A stretch of 63,877 nt of DNA from Octopus bimaculoides (lineage: Eukaryota): the NCBI RefSeq assembly GCF_001194135.2, contig NC_068995.1:28042519-28106395 (forward strand), written 5' to 3'. A model generated the notes under the pieces. It did not search any database and was not told the DNA's origin. It saw only the letters and a program-made list of their open reading frames with translations. Made by a program: the position numbers and the translations under genes. Position 1 is the stretch's first letter; every line of letters begins with the position of its first letter. Below are positions 39,171 through 49,800 of the stretch, piece after piece.

Positions 39171-39646
39171 AAAAAGAATGTATTTTCATTGTCATAGATA
39201 TTTTTCACATTCACAGGCATAGCTGTGTGGTAAGTTTGCTTCCCAACCACATGATTTCAGGTAGCAAAGCCTTTTCAGTAGATTTGTTAGATGGAAACTT
39301 AAAGAAGCTCATTGTGTGTGTGTGAGACTCTCTCCTTAATTTGGCATTGTGAAATAGTTGTAAACAAGTGTCACTGTTATAAAGATAGTCTCTGTCTACT
39401 CAAGGGGAAAAATTACTTACTTGGAAACATACAAGGATTAGCAACAGGAAGGGCATCTAGCCATAGAAAATCTACCTCAACAAATTCTTTCCAACCAATG
39501 CTATCATAGAAAAGTGGACATTGGAATGACAATGATTATGACTTCTTCTGCTGGCTTAGATTAAATGACAGTAATATGATAAGATCATTATTAACTCTTA
39601 AAGTCCAGTAATGCTATCTGTATATAAATTTCCTAATTTTGTTAGA

Positions 39647-39696
39647 AACTTGAAATTTTGATGAAATGCAACTGCATTTCATCAAAATTTCAAGTT
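39647..39696. repeat. Perfect 24-bp inverted repeat with a 2-nt spacer
   Basis: AACTTGAAATTTTGATGAAATGCA-AC-TGCATTTCATCAAAATTTCAAGTT. Confidence 0.95.
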
Positions 39697-40670
39697 CAGT
39701 ATAAAAATCATAAAAATGTAACTACTCCATGAATTTGGAGGAAATTTGCCAATATGGCATGATGATTGTTTATGTACGTTATGAATGTAGTTTTTATTCT
39801 TTTATTTTTACCTGTTGTCATATCATTTTACCTGCCAAGATATGCTGAATAGAGTTAAGTTGATTACATGAAATTGTTTTCACATATACTCAGAAGTTAT
39901 TATTTCTTGGACAAAAAATTCCTGTATCAGAGCTAAATTTGTGATCTGCTTATTCTGTGTGACTTGAAAACTGTATAACTTCCATGCAATAACTATGCTC
40001 TCCTCACAAACCAACCAGTATGCAGGGACTCTACATTTGAAATATATTAGCAAATTAATGTTTTTATAAAATCCTTATCATTCTCTCACAAAAGCATTGG
40101 TACAATATGAACTTCATGAAAACTCTATTCCTGTTCAATGAAATATCACACTAATTATCTTATCCAAGCTCAAGCTCTCTTTCTCTAATAAAATCACTAA
40201 TAAATAAATAAAAACAAATGTTTAATCAACAATATCACCAAAATTCTAACTCATCACTTGAGGTATTAATCACTATTATGCAACAAAACTTGTAAATTAA
40301 GTCAATCCAATGAGTAATCCAAACTTAGCCAATATGATAAATTACACTGATAATAGTTTCACCCAAATTTCATTAATCAACTTTTGGAAGCAATTTTATA
40401 TTCATTTTCTCCAGATAATATGTTTTGAAGAGCCCTTATATGATTTTCAAAAAATATCATTCATGATAGAATAATATTCAGCATAGGTTAGATGAATATA
40501 TTATTGATATACTGTTTTACAGCCAGATGTGCCTTCCTATCACAAAACCTTATCTGTTTTCCGAGTTAAGAATCTCTCAATCCTCATATCTTCATATGTA
40601 CTTCTATCCTAGGTGCAAAAAAACAATTCACACATGAATACAGAAATAACCCTTCTAATGAAAGAAATAC

Positions 40671-40743
40671 CTTTATTTTTTGCTTCAAAATACTTGAAAC
40701 TGCCCATCATAAATGTGTGAAGTGTTTCATGAAGATGTTTTAC
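40671..40743 (-). CDS. Host gene exon (73 nt): VKHLHETLHTFMMGSFKYFEAKNK(D)
   Basis: Acceptor TTTTTTTTATCTTTTAATTTTTAG|, donor AAAG|GTATTT, phase 0 to 1, bridging the 59541 and 38574 exons. Confidence 0.72.
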
Positions 40744-40920
40744 CTAAAAATTAAAAGATAAAAAAAATGTTCATATTATCATTTCACTCCTTACAACACT
40801 ACTATACACACATACTTATTTAACCACAAGCATAAAGAAGTATATTTCAACCATGTGGTTCCAAGTTTAGTTCCACTGTGTGGTTCCATGAGCAAATTTC
40901 ATTTATTCTAGTCCTGGGCT

Positions 40921-41033
<113 letters not shown>

Positions 41034-41299
41034 ATGCTTGTGTGTCTGTCTTGACATTGTGCAATAGTTGTAAATGCATATCACCATGCACATACCAGCA
41101 GTACCCCTTGGTTTGAAGTTTTAGTGAAAACATGTCTCAGCATGGGAAATACTACTTTGCTTGGAAACAGGTGAGGGTTGGAAGAGCAAAGGGCACCTGG
41201 CTATAGAAAATCTGCTGCAACAAATTCAGTCTGACCTATGCAAGTATGGAAAAGTGGAGGAATATTGTGTGTGCATATAATTTGATTTATAAATCTTTT

Positions 41300-43175
41300 T
41301 TTTTGCAAATTTACCTTGTTTTTATTTGTTATTTATCTGTAAGGTGTATGAAAAATTTAAATTAATTTGTATTGCGAATCATTATCATATTTATTTTTGT
41401 GTATTTATGTATGTATTTAGAAGATGGTATGGGTATTTCATTTTCTAGTTTCCTTCAAATATAAATTCCAATGTTTCATTGTTTTACCTTTACGGCACAC
41501 TTGTCTTATGTGCATCAAGTTCAACTGATAGATAATCCAAAAATTTGAACAAATTTTCTATATTGAAATTTTGCTGTATACCCAATTGACTATCAGCTAA
41601 TAAATCATTTTCAATGAAGATATTGAAATAAAATTTAAATAACTTTATATTTTGTTGAATTTACCTGTGTTTACCTGAAATTAGATTCGCTTTGAGGCAA
41701 AAATTATGCAATAGATTTGGTTAAGAATCTTCTGTTAAATTGGGTTCCAAAATTTACATTTATATTTTGATAAATAGTTAGAAATGTAGTTCTAAAAGGG
41801 TCATAGCAAGACAAGATTTCACCAGCTTTTGTTCCTTTTGGGCCTGATGGAAGTCATCTGGCAATACAAATACCACTCCTTCCATTTGAGATTTATTTTC
41901 ACATAAATTCTAAAAAGTCCTGCCCAGAGTCTCCAGAGCTCTGCTGCCATTTGGCATCTCTTATGGATTTGTTAAATTCCCGAACTCTTGGCATTATTGC
42001 AAACAGGTGCATCATTTGAATCCAACTCCAAAAGGAACTTGAAAGCAGAATATGCTGTACAATCCCCAGGAAGAAGTGCGGTTGCAATGCCTGAAGAAAA
42101 ACTTTATATTGATAGACTTTGTGAAACAATAAAACTGATAAAGAATGTCTTCTCAGATACACCATGAATACTGAAGTAGCAAATTCCAACTTCTTGCTGT
42201 CAAACCCTGTTAAAAATAGCAGAAGAAACTGCCCTTTTGCATTTTGCATTTGATCTGTATATCCTGTTTTCATGCAAGGGTACATCTTCAGTAAGGTCCT
42301 CATGATACTTAAGCCAAAGCTGCATTTGCAATGTTTTAAGAATATGATGACAAAAACATTAAGACACTTATATAAATATAGTGAAAAGAACATGAAGACA
42401 TGAAGAATAAAACATCTTTGGAATTTGGCTATTTTTTGAAGAAATTTACTTGAATCTCACACTTCATAGAAAAGTTGTAGAAAGAAGCATTCATGCTGAC
42501 TTCTTGTCATCAAATCATCATGTAACATAATATACCCCATGACCAGACATGTTTTCATGGAAGATTGGAAATGAAGGACACTGCTTGCATGATGGTGACA
42601 TTTGTTTATGACTATCACAAAAGGCAAGGAGACAGTAACACACTCTCACATACATACACATCAGTCTTCTTTCAGTTTTTGTCTACCAAATCCACTCACA
42701 AAGTTTTGTTCAGCTCTAGAAGACATTTGTTCAAGGTGCTGTATAGTGGGACTGAGCCTGAGACCATGTGGTTAGGGAGCAAACTTCACCCTACACAGCC
42801 ACACATATGCTTAGTACCTGGTGTACATAGTAAACTCTCTTTGTCATAATTAATGTCAAGTTAACTTTCAACAGATATCTTGCTTTCTGTATCTCTATTG
42901 CTTGATGTTCCTTGTATTGTAAAACCTGAGGGTACAGCAATGTTTTTGCAGTGTTGTGTCCCTTACACCTTGTGCTTGCTGTGCTGTGGTTGTTTAAGTG
43001 AAGTAAACCCACTGGCTAGTATGGTGCTGAATACTGGGATATCTTCATGAATGGGAAGGTCAATAAATTGCCAGAAAGCCTCACTACTGCTGATGCACTG
43101 TCCTTTCAGGAACTGATTAACTTCACTGCAGCTATTCCACTTTGTCTATCTATCACATTGGTAAATAGAAACTGT
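41300..43175 (-). mobile_element. Helitron Rep/Hel remnant (post-Rep linker plus PIF1 helicase), with a SINE inserted at ~42430-42810
   Basis: EVNQFLKGQCISSSEAFW..LPIHE (~43120-43040); AKTLLYPQV..KRVYYVH; SSGIATALLPGDCTAYSAFK.LLEL..PVCN (~42100-41990); GVVFVLPDDFHQ. Multiple stops. Lower boundary approximate. Confidence 0.8.
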
Positions 43176-43202
43176 ATGGAAGCCTGTTGTATGTGTGTGT
43201 GC

Positions 43203-43248
<46 letters not shown>

Positions 43249-43494
43249 GTGTGTGTGTGGATCTTCACATTGATACCATTTGGGTGACAGTGATGTATTT
43301 ATGTCTCCCAAAAATAATATGTCCTGCAGTTTAGCTTTTGTCAGTAAAGGTATATATCATACTTTCAAATCAGGTCAAAGTTGGCAACAAGAAGGGTACC
43401 TGACTATAAAATACTACCTCAACAAGTCCTATGCAATCTATGCCAGCATCGAAATAGCAGATGCAAAAATGATGATGATGATAATGATGAATAT

Positions 43495-43981
43495 NNNNNN
43501 NNNNNNNNNNNNNNNNNNNNNNNNNNNNNNNNNNNNNNNNNNNNNNNNNNNNNNNNNNNNNNNNNNNNNNNNNNNNNNNNNNNNNNNNNNNNNNNNNNNN
43601 NNNNNNNNNNNNNNNNNNNNNNNNNNNNNNNNNNNNNNNNNNNNNNNNNNNNNNNNNNNNNNNNNNNNNNNNNNNNNNNNNNNNNNNNNNNNNNNNNNNN
43701 NNNNNNNNNNNNNNNNNNNNNNNNNNNNNNNNNNNNNNNNNNNNNNNNNNNNNNNNNNNNNNNNNNNNNNNNNNNNNNNNNNNNNNNNNNNNNNNNNNNN
43801 NNNNNNNNNNNNNNNNNNNNNNNNNNNNNNNNNNNNNNNNNNNNNNNNNNNNNNNNNNNNNNNNNNNNNNNNNNNNNNNNNNNNNNNNNNNNNNNNNNNN
43901 NNNNNNNNNNNNNNNNNNNNNNNNNNNNNNNNNNNNNNNNNNNNNNNNNNNNNNNNNNNNNNNNNNNNNNNNNNNNNNNNN
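43495..43981. other. Assembly gap (N); other gaps at 16188-16197, 16525-16612, 19469-19478 and 44750-45639
   Basis: Runs of n in the sequence. Confidence 1.
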
Positions 43982-44017
43982 CACACACACAGATGAAATG
44001 GACGTGTGTGTGTGTGT

Positions 44018-44055
<38 letters not shown>

Positions 44056-45641
44056 TAGAGAGAGGTTTGTTGTCATGTATACGTACATGCATAAATATGC
44101 ATACATCTGTGTGTGTGTGTGTGTATGAGAGAGAGAGAGAGAGAGAGTAAATCCTATATACACACCGCTCTCTCACTCTGTCTCACACACACACACACAC
44201 ATACATCTAAAAATGATGGATGCATATGACAACACACCCCTTGACTCACTCACACTCTGTCGGCGATCTTTCGATACCAATCCTCCTTTTTGCTTCAGCG
44301 TTTGTTTACATCAATTTGGCAATTTCCGTAATGAAAGAGGGAAAGGAGGAAAGTGGGAAAGGACGTTAGTCAGCGACAGCTCTGATCTGTTAGGTAGCAG
44401 ACAGCAGGGTTAGGGTTAAGGGAATGTGAGAGAGAAAGCTAGAGATAAGTGACATGTGTTTTTAAGGGAGTGTGAAAGAGATAGAGAGAGAAAGCGAGAG
44501 AAAACTGGCATGTGTTACGTCAATACCGGAAGTTGGCATTGAGGAACCTTTTTAAAGAAATGAATCATAAATATAAAGCAATATTATTTTTTTTAATTTA
44601 AAAAATCAAATAAAGAGCCTAACATTTATCCGAGGTCAAATTATTCATACATCACAAGTATGGAAGCAAATGGTGAAGCCGTTTTCACGTGATAAGCGAT
44701 TACACACACATCTCTGTTTTATATATAGTATATATATATATATATATATNNNNNNNNNNNNNNNNNNNNNNNNNNNNNNNNNNNNNNNNNNNNNNNNNNN
44801 NNNNNNNNNNNNNNNNNNNNNNNNNNNNNNNNNNNNNNNNNNNNNNNNNNNNNNNNNNNNNNNNNNNNNNNNNNNNNNNNNNNNNNNNNNNNNNNNNNNN
44901 NNNNNNNNNNNNNNNNNNNNNNNNNNNNNNNNNNNNNNNNNNNNNNNNNNNNNNNNNNNNNNNNNNNNNNNNNNNNNNNNNNNNNNNNNNNNNNNNNNNN
45001 NNNNNNNNNNNNNNNNNNNNNNNNNNNNNNNNNNNNNNNNNNNNNNNNNNNNNNNNNNNNNNNNNNNNNNNNNNNNNNNNNNNNNNNNNNNNNNNNNNNN
45101 NNNNNNNNNNNNNNNNNNNNNNNNNNNNNNNNNNNNNNNNNNNNNNNNNNNNNNNNNNNNNNNNNNNNNNNNNNNNNNNNNNNNNNNNNNNNNNNNNNNN
45201 NNNNNNNNNNNNNNNNNNNNNNNNNNNNNNNNNNNNNNNNNNNNNNNNNNNNNNNNNNNNNNNNNNNNNNNNNNNNNNNNNNNNNNNNNNNNNNNNNNNN
45301 NNNNNNNNNNNNNNNNNNNNNNNNNNNNNNNNNNNNNNNNNNNNNNNNNNNNNNNNNNNNNNNNNNNNNNNNNNNNNNNNNNNNNNNNNNNNNNNNNNNN
45401 NNNNNNNNNNNNNNNNNNNNNNNNNNNNNNNNNNNNNNNNNNNNNNNNNNNNNNNNNNNNNNNNNNNNNNNNNNNNNNNNNNNNNNNNNNNNNNNNNNNN
45501 NNNNNNNNNNNNNNNNNNNNNNNNNNNNNNNNNNNNNNNNNNNNNNNNNNNNNNNNNNNNNNNNNNNNNNNNNNNNNNNNNNNNNNNNNNNNNNNNNNNN
45601 NNNNNNNNNNNNNNNNNNNNNNNNNNNNNNNNNNNNNNNAT

Positions 45642-45700
45642 CAGGCTGATGAGGAATAGATAAATGGTAAGAATTTGTTAAATCCGAAACCTGGTTCCTG
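45642..45700 (+). ncRNA. Type I hammerhead ribozyme motif (PLE/retrozyme style)
   Basis: CAGG-CTGATGA-GGA(27 nt)TCC-GAAA-CCTGG-TT-CCTG. Stem I CAGG/CCTG, intact core, extended stem II, minimal palindromic stem III, GUU cleavage triplet. Confidence 0.72.
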
Positions 45701-45889
45701 TTTAATAATGATTTTTTTAGGTGATTTTAAATGTCTTGCCCGCTCACGTTTTTGGTATGCTGCTATATTTCATGTTGAGAACCTTTTAGGTCTTAATAGA
45801 CACAAAATGTGATCTATTTCTAGCGCATTAATTGTCCATGTTAGTGGTCGACGTTATTTTTAAAATATATATATATATATATATAGATG

Positions 45890-46270
45890 TAGGCATGGCC
45901 GTGTGGTTAGAAGCTTGCTTCCCAACCACATGGTTCTGGGTTCAGTCCAACTGCATGGCACCTTGGGCAAGTGTCTTCTACTATAGCCTTCGGCTGACCA
46001 AAGCCTTATGAGTGGATTTGGCTGACGGAAATTGAAAGAAGCCCATCGTATATATATATTTATATTTGTGCTTGTGTTTGTCCACCCTATCATCGCTTAA
46101 CAATTGATGCTGGTATGTTTACGCCCTCATAACTTAGCGGTTTGGCAAAAGAGACTGATAGAATAAGTACTAGGCTTACAAAGAATAAGTCCTGGGGTCA
46201 ATTTGTTTAACTAAAACCCCTTAAGGTGGTGCTTCAGCATGGCCGCAGTCTATGAAACAAGTAAAAGAAT
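45890..46270 (+). mobile_element. tRNA-head SINE, full composite copy
   Basis: Homologous to 8236-8648. Confidence 0.85.
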
Positions 46271-48202
46271 AAAATATAACCACACAGAATAATAAGAATA
46301 AAATAATAAAATACAGCCACACAGCCATAGAAGTGGCAATGTGGCCAAGAGATTAATTTCCTAACCATGTGGTTTTTGGGTTCAGTTCCATAATATGGCA
46401 TATTGACAAAGTGTCTTTTATGATAGCTTCAGGCTATTGTAAAAAAATGTCTTATGAGTGGATCTGGTTGACAGAACCTGAAAGAAGCCCACCAAATGTG
46501 TATGTATGCATGCATGTGTGTCAATATGTTTGTTTACATCTGCACTTCAAGTTACAAGCAGTGATGTTAACATTTCCCAGTCAACAAATTGTCCATTGGC
46601 TTCACACCTTTGAAGATAATTAAAATGAAAGATCTCTTACTTCCATTCAATCTTTTAAAAATCCTATTATATTTTTGGATTAAATAATATTAGGAATTGT
46701 ATGTTAAAAATTGTTGAGATATTTGGTGCATTGAAGAAGTATAAGCAATATAGTGCACATAAATTTTAACAACGAAATCTTACATGGACCTCCAAGGGTC
46801 ATGTAGACTCTTGTTGAGAACCAGTTGTCTAACTTAAGCTAGAGTAGAAAAATGAAATAAACACAAATTATATCCTCATCATCACTGTCATTGTTTTAAC
46901 ATTCACTTTTCCATGTGTTGAGTGGAATTTGGTGAGGCAGATTTTCTACAACTGGAAGCCCTTCTGGTTGTCAACCTTCACCTATTTCCAACTAAAGTAA
47001 TATTTTCCCTTGACCAAACATGATTTCACAGAATACTGGAAATAGAGGAAACCGTTTGCATGACAGTGACACTTGTTTACAACTAACATGTGATATCAAG
47101 GTAAGGAGACAGTAACACACATACACACACAAATATATATATCACACATACACGTCTACCAAATGCACTCACAAAACTTTGGTTGGTCTACAGCTATAGT
47201 GAAAAACACTTGCCCAAGGTGCCAGGGAAAATGTCTTCTACTTCAACCCTGGTCCTACCAAGGCCTTGTGAGTGGACTCAGCAAAACACAAAAGAAGGCC
47301 ATTGTATATATGTCACAGAACCTCTCAAAACTAGACACCATTATCTAAGTGTTATCCAAGCCTTATATGGATATCATTATGGTTTCCACAACTAGGCAGT
47401 AATATTCAATCCAGTAGTGTCAACAACATTAATAACAAAAGTGCTGCTTGGGAGTCAATAGAAATCAATAGGAGTGAAACATTAGCATAGTATATCCATT
47501 ACACCAACATCAAATTAAACAAATTAATATTAACTTATAGTTACAAAACAGTATCTATAAAACAAAGAACTCTCAAACAAAGGACATTGTGATCCTAAAA
47601 TTATAGTACAAAATAGAGCTAGTGAACTAAACTTATTGAGGACAAAATCATTCAAAACCTGATACCAAATATAGTAACACCAACACAAGGAACAGCAAAC
47701 TTAGAACTTAAAACATATAGACTATTTGAAGAACATAGACTACTAGATATGTTGCTTCTCAATCTATATCATATTACAAACATGAAATTACACCAAAAAC
47801 AAGCCTAATATAAACTAGTGGAACAGTTTATATACCTCTAAACCAACATCCTTGAAAAATGTACAAGGAAAAAGACAAGCATAAATCAATAAATAAAATA
47901 TGTTCAGTTATATAAAATAAATTAACCAAATAAACTGTAAATCAGAAGTAAAACAAAATAAAATTATATTAGAATTAAATTAAATTAAAAATTATATATA
48001 AAATAAAATAGACATGGCAAAAACCACCTAACTAAAACAAATTATAACATAAATAAATGTCTTAATTACAAAGAGACTCAATCAATTAAATGGCAACATG
48101 CCTGTTATCTGAGAACAACTCAAACTAAACTTAAATTTATAGAATAAACAAATATATTTGGAATTTAAACTAGCACATACTCCTAAAATCTATAAACATT
48201 TA

Positions 48203-48345
48203 TGAGGTGTGTGGCTTAGTGACCGGGGTATTCAGCTCACAACCATAAAGCTGAGTTTGATTCTCAGCTGTGCATTGTCCTTGAGCAAGATACTTTATTT
48301 CTCATTGCTTCAATTTACTCAGCTGGCAAAAATGAGTTGTACAAG
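48203..48345 (+). mobile_element. Short tRNA-head SINE (different family)
   Basis: GGTGTGTGGCTTAGTG..GAGTTTGATTC..CCTTGAGCAAGATACTT..CTCAGCTGGCAAAAATGAGT. Confidence 0.6.
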
Positions 48346-49370
48346 CAATTCTTCTTTAACCAACCTTTTATCATTGTAACCTTGTTTTTTCACATGTACC
48401 ATTAAATTTTGAATCCTATCTAAAAACATTCCAACTATATTTATTATTCTACTCTATCTAATTACTTAACTGGAAAACATACAACCGATCCACAGAGAAA
48501 TTGTAGCCCATGGCAATGATGCAATGCATCAAAATTGTTTGACCAAACCTATCCTTTTACTACAGCATAGATCATTAAGGATATCGAATTTGCATGAAGA
48601 CAAATATAAAATCTGTTAAAAAAGGGCTACAATTACCACACATTAGAATCCCCTTAATTTGTCTAAAACTATCCCAGCAGATGTAACATTTATTATTAAC
48701 AATAAAGCTGACCATCTCCTTTAGTCTACTTTTACTAAAACATGTATAACCATCAAATCTACACTTAGACAAAAAAAAAAAAACCTTCACCTTTTTAATA
48801 GAAATATACTTATAACCCTTATCAAACACTAAATATATCTTTTCAAATCAAGATTAGTGTAGTGTAGAAAAATCATAAACATGCATGATCTTAATTACTT
48901 TAACACTTTGTAGTTTAAAAATTTGTTATTGGACCTTATGCTCCAAAATAGGCTTACCCCAGAATTCCAAAAGATTAATTCACAGTGTCCATAAAGTATT
49001 ATCTAACAGTATTTAAAGCTCCATTAAGCAATAAAGATAGTAGCTAGGACATTTTCTGGAACCGCAATAAATCTACTTTTATATAGTACCTAGAAATCAA
49101 AAACAATTTTCCACTTCAGGTATTAATTTTCTTATTACCTTGGTAGTTTTATTCAGTACAATCCTATATGTACTATTACCTTTAAAGCTAAAGTCACTGC
49201 TTACTCACCAGTCATAACCTAATACCATTTTGAAATATATTTTCCCTGCTGCTTTATCTGCCAGTATTATAATGTACTTATCATGTAATGCACTAATATA
49301 CTCCTTAACTTCAGGTTTACTTAAAGCTGATTCACTTCCTATTGAGTCATTCATTCTTCTAATATGTTTC
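48346..49370 (-). mobile_element. Penelope-like element RT, Naiad-type (RT C-terminal), degenerate
   Basis: KPEVKEYISALHDKYIIILADKAAG; YKSRFIA; GVSLFWSI; VYDFSTL; FIVNNKCYICWDSFRQIKGILMCGNCSPFLTD; thumb SS.VIR.SRI..FLDR..KQGY..RL. The YIDD segment appears deleted and no C-terminal GIY-YIG is seen. Confidence 0.78.
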
Positions 49371-49800
49371 ACTGATTAAATAAAAACTTCTCTGGAGAGT
49401 TTTCAATGACTAGTTCAAATACGTATGCAAGTGTAAAAAGACCATAATTGTATGGGCCAGCATGGAGATTAGTAATTTGAACTTGAACTGAAGGAATTAT
49501 GTTTGTTTGTGGCAAGTAGAGTGTTGTTATCTGTGTAGTTAGCTCTTGTAATGCTGGTAAATTTAAGTTGTCATAAACATCTCTGAAAAAATTGGTTGAT
49601 AAAATAGAATTATTGTTTTTGATGTGATGGATAAACAATGTGCAGTTTGGACTATATGTTAGAAATTCCATGTGAGAAAAAATGGTAGGTTGTATTGGAA
49701 TTTCAGGAAAATTTTCAGCTATTATTTTTCAAGCCAGTGCCAACAAGTTTGTTACATAACATTTACCCCAAAAGTAAAAATGACTTCTCCTCATATTTCA
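49371..49800 (-). pseudogene. Ulp1/C48 SUMO-protease-like domain remnant abutting the PLE RT
   Basis: LLLG*ML.NK..LKII.ENFP..; LFIHHIKNNNSILST..DVYDNL..TQI..VQVQ..NYGLFTLAY..SPEKFLFNQ matches the spacing of W-L-x-D...FP...H-W...VYDS...Q-x-Q..DCGLFAIA...DP...FDQ. The catalytic His and Cys positions are mutated. Confidence 0.55.

Noticed and set aside
39891-40030. Open stretch ..EESIVIAW.. resembling an FN3 start
   Set aside because: Splice sites are weak, the phase is incompatible with flanking exons, and there is no further FN3 pattern.
41899-42393. 164-aa minus-strand ORF, and plus-strand open stretches in the same region
   Set aside because: A different minus-strand frame carries the PIF1 helicase motifs of a dead Helitron, so these are shadow frames.
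44407-44422. TTAGGG telomere-like repeats
   Set aside because: There are only about two units, too few to call an interstitial telomere.
43280-45663. Longest ORFs in the track (189-329 aa)
   Set aside because: They are runs of X across N gaps and microsatellites, not coding sequence.
47340-47470. IDSQAALL motif on the minus strand, suggesting LINE RNase H
   Set aside because: It is a single short motif without convincing flanking RNase H residues.
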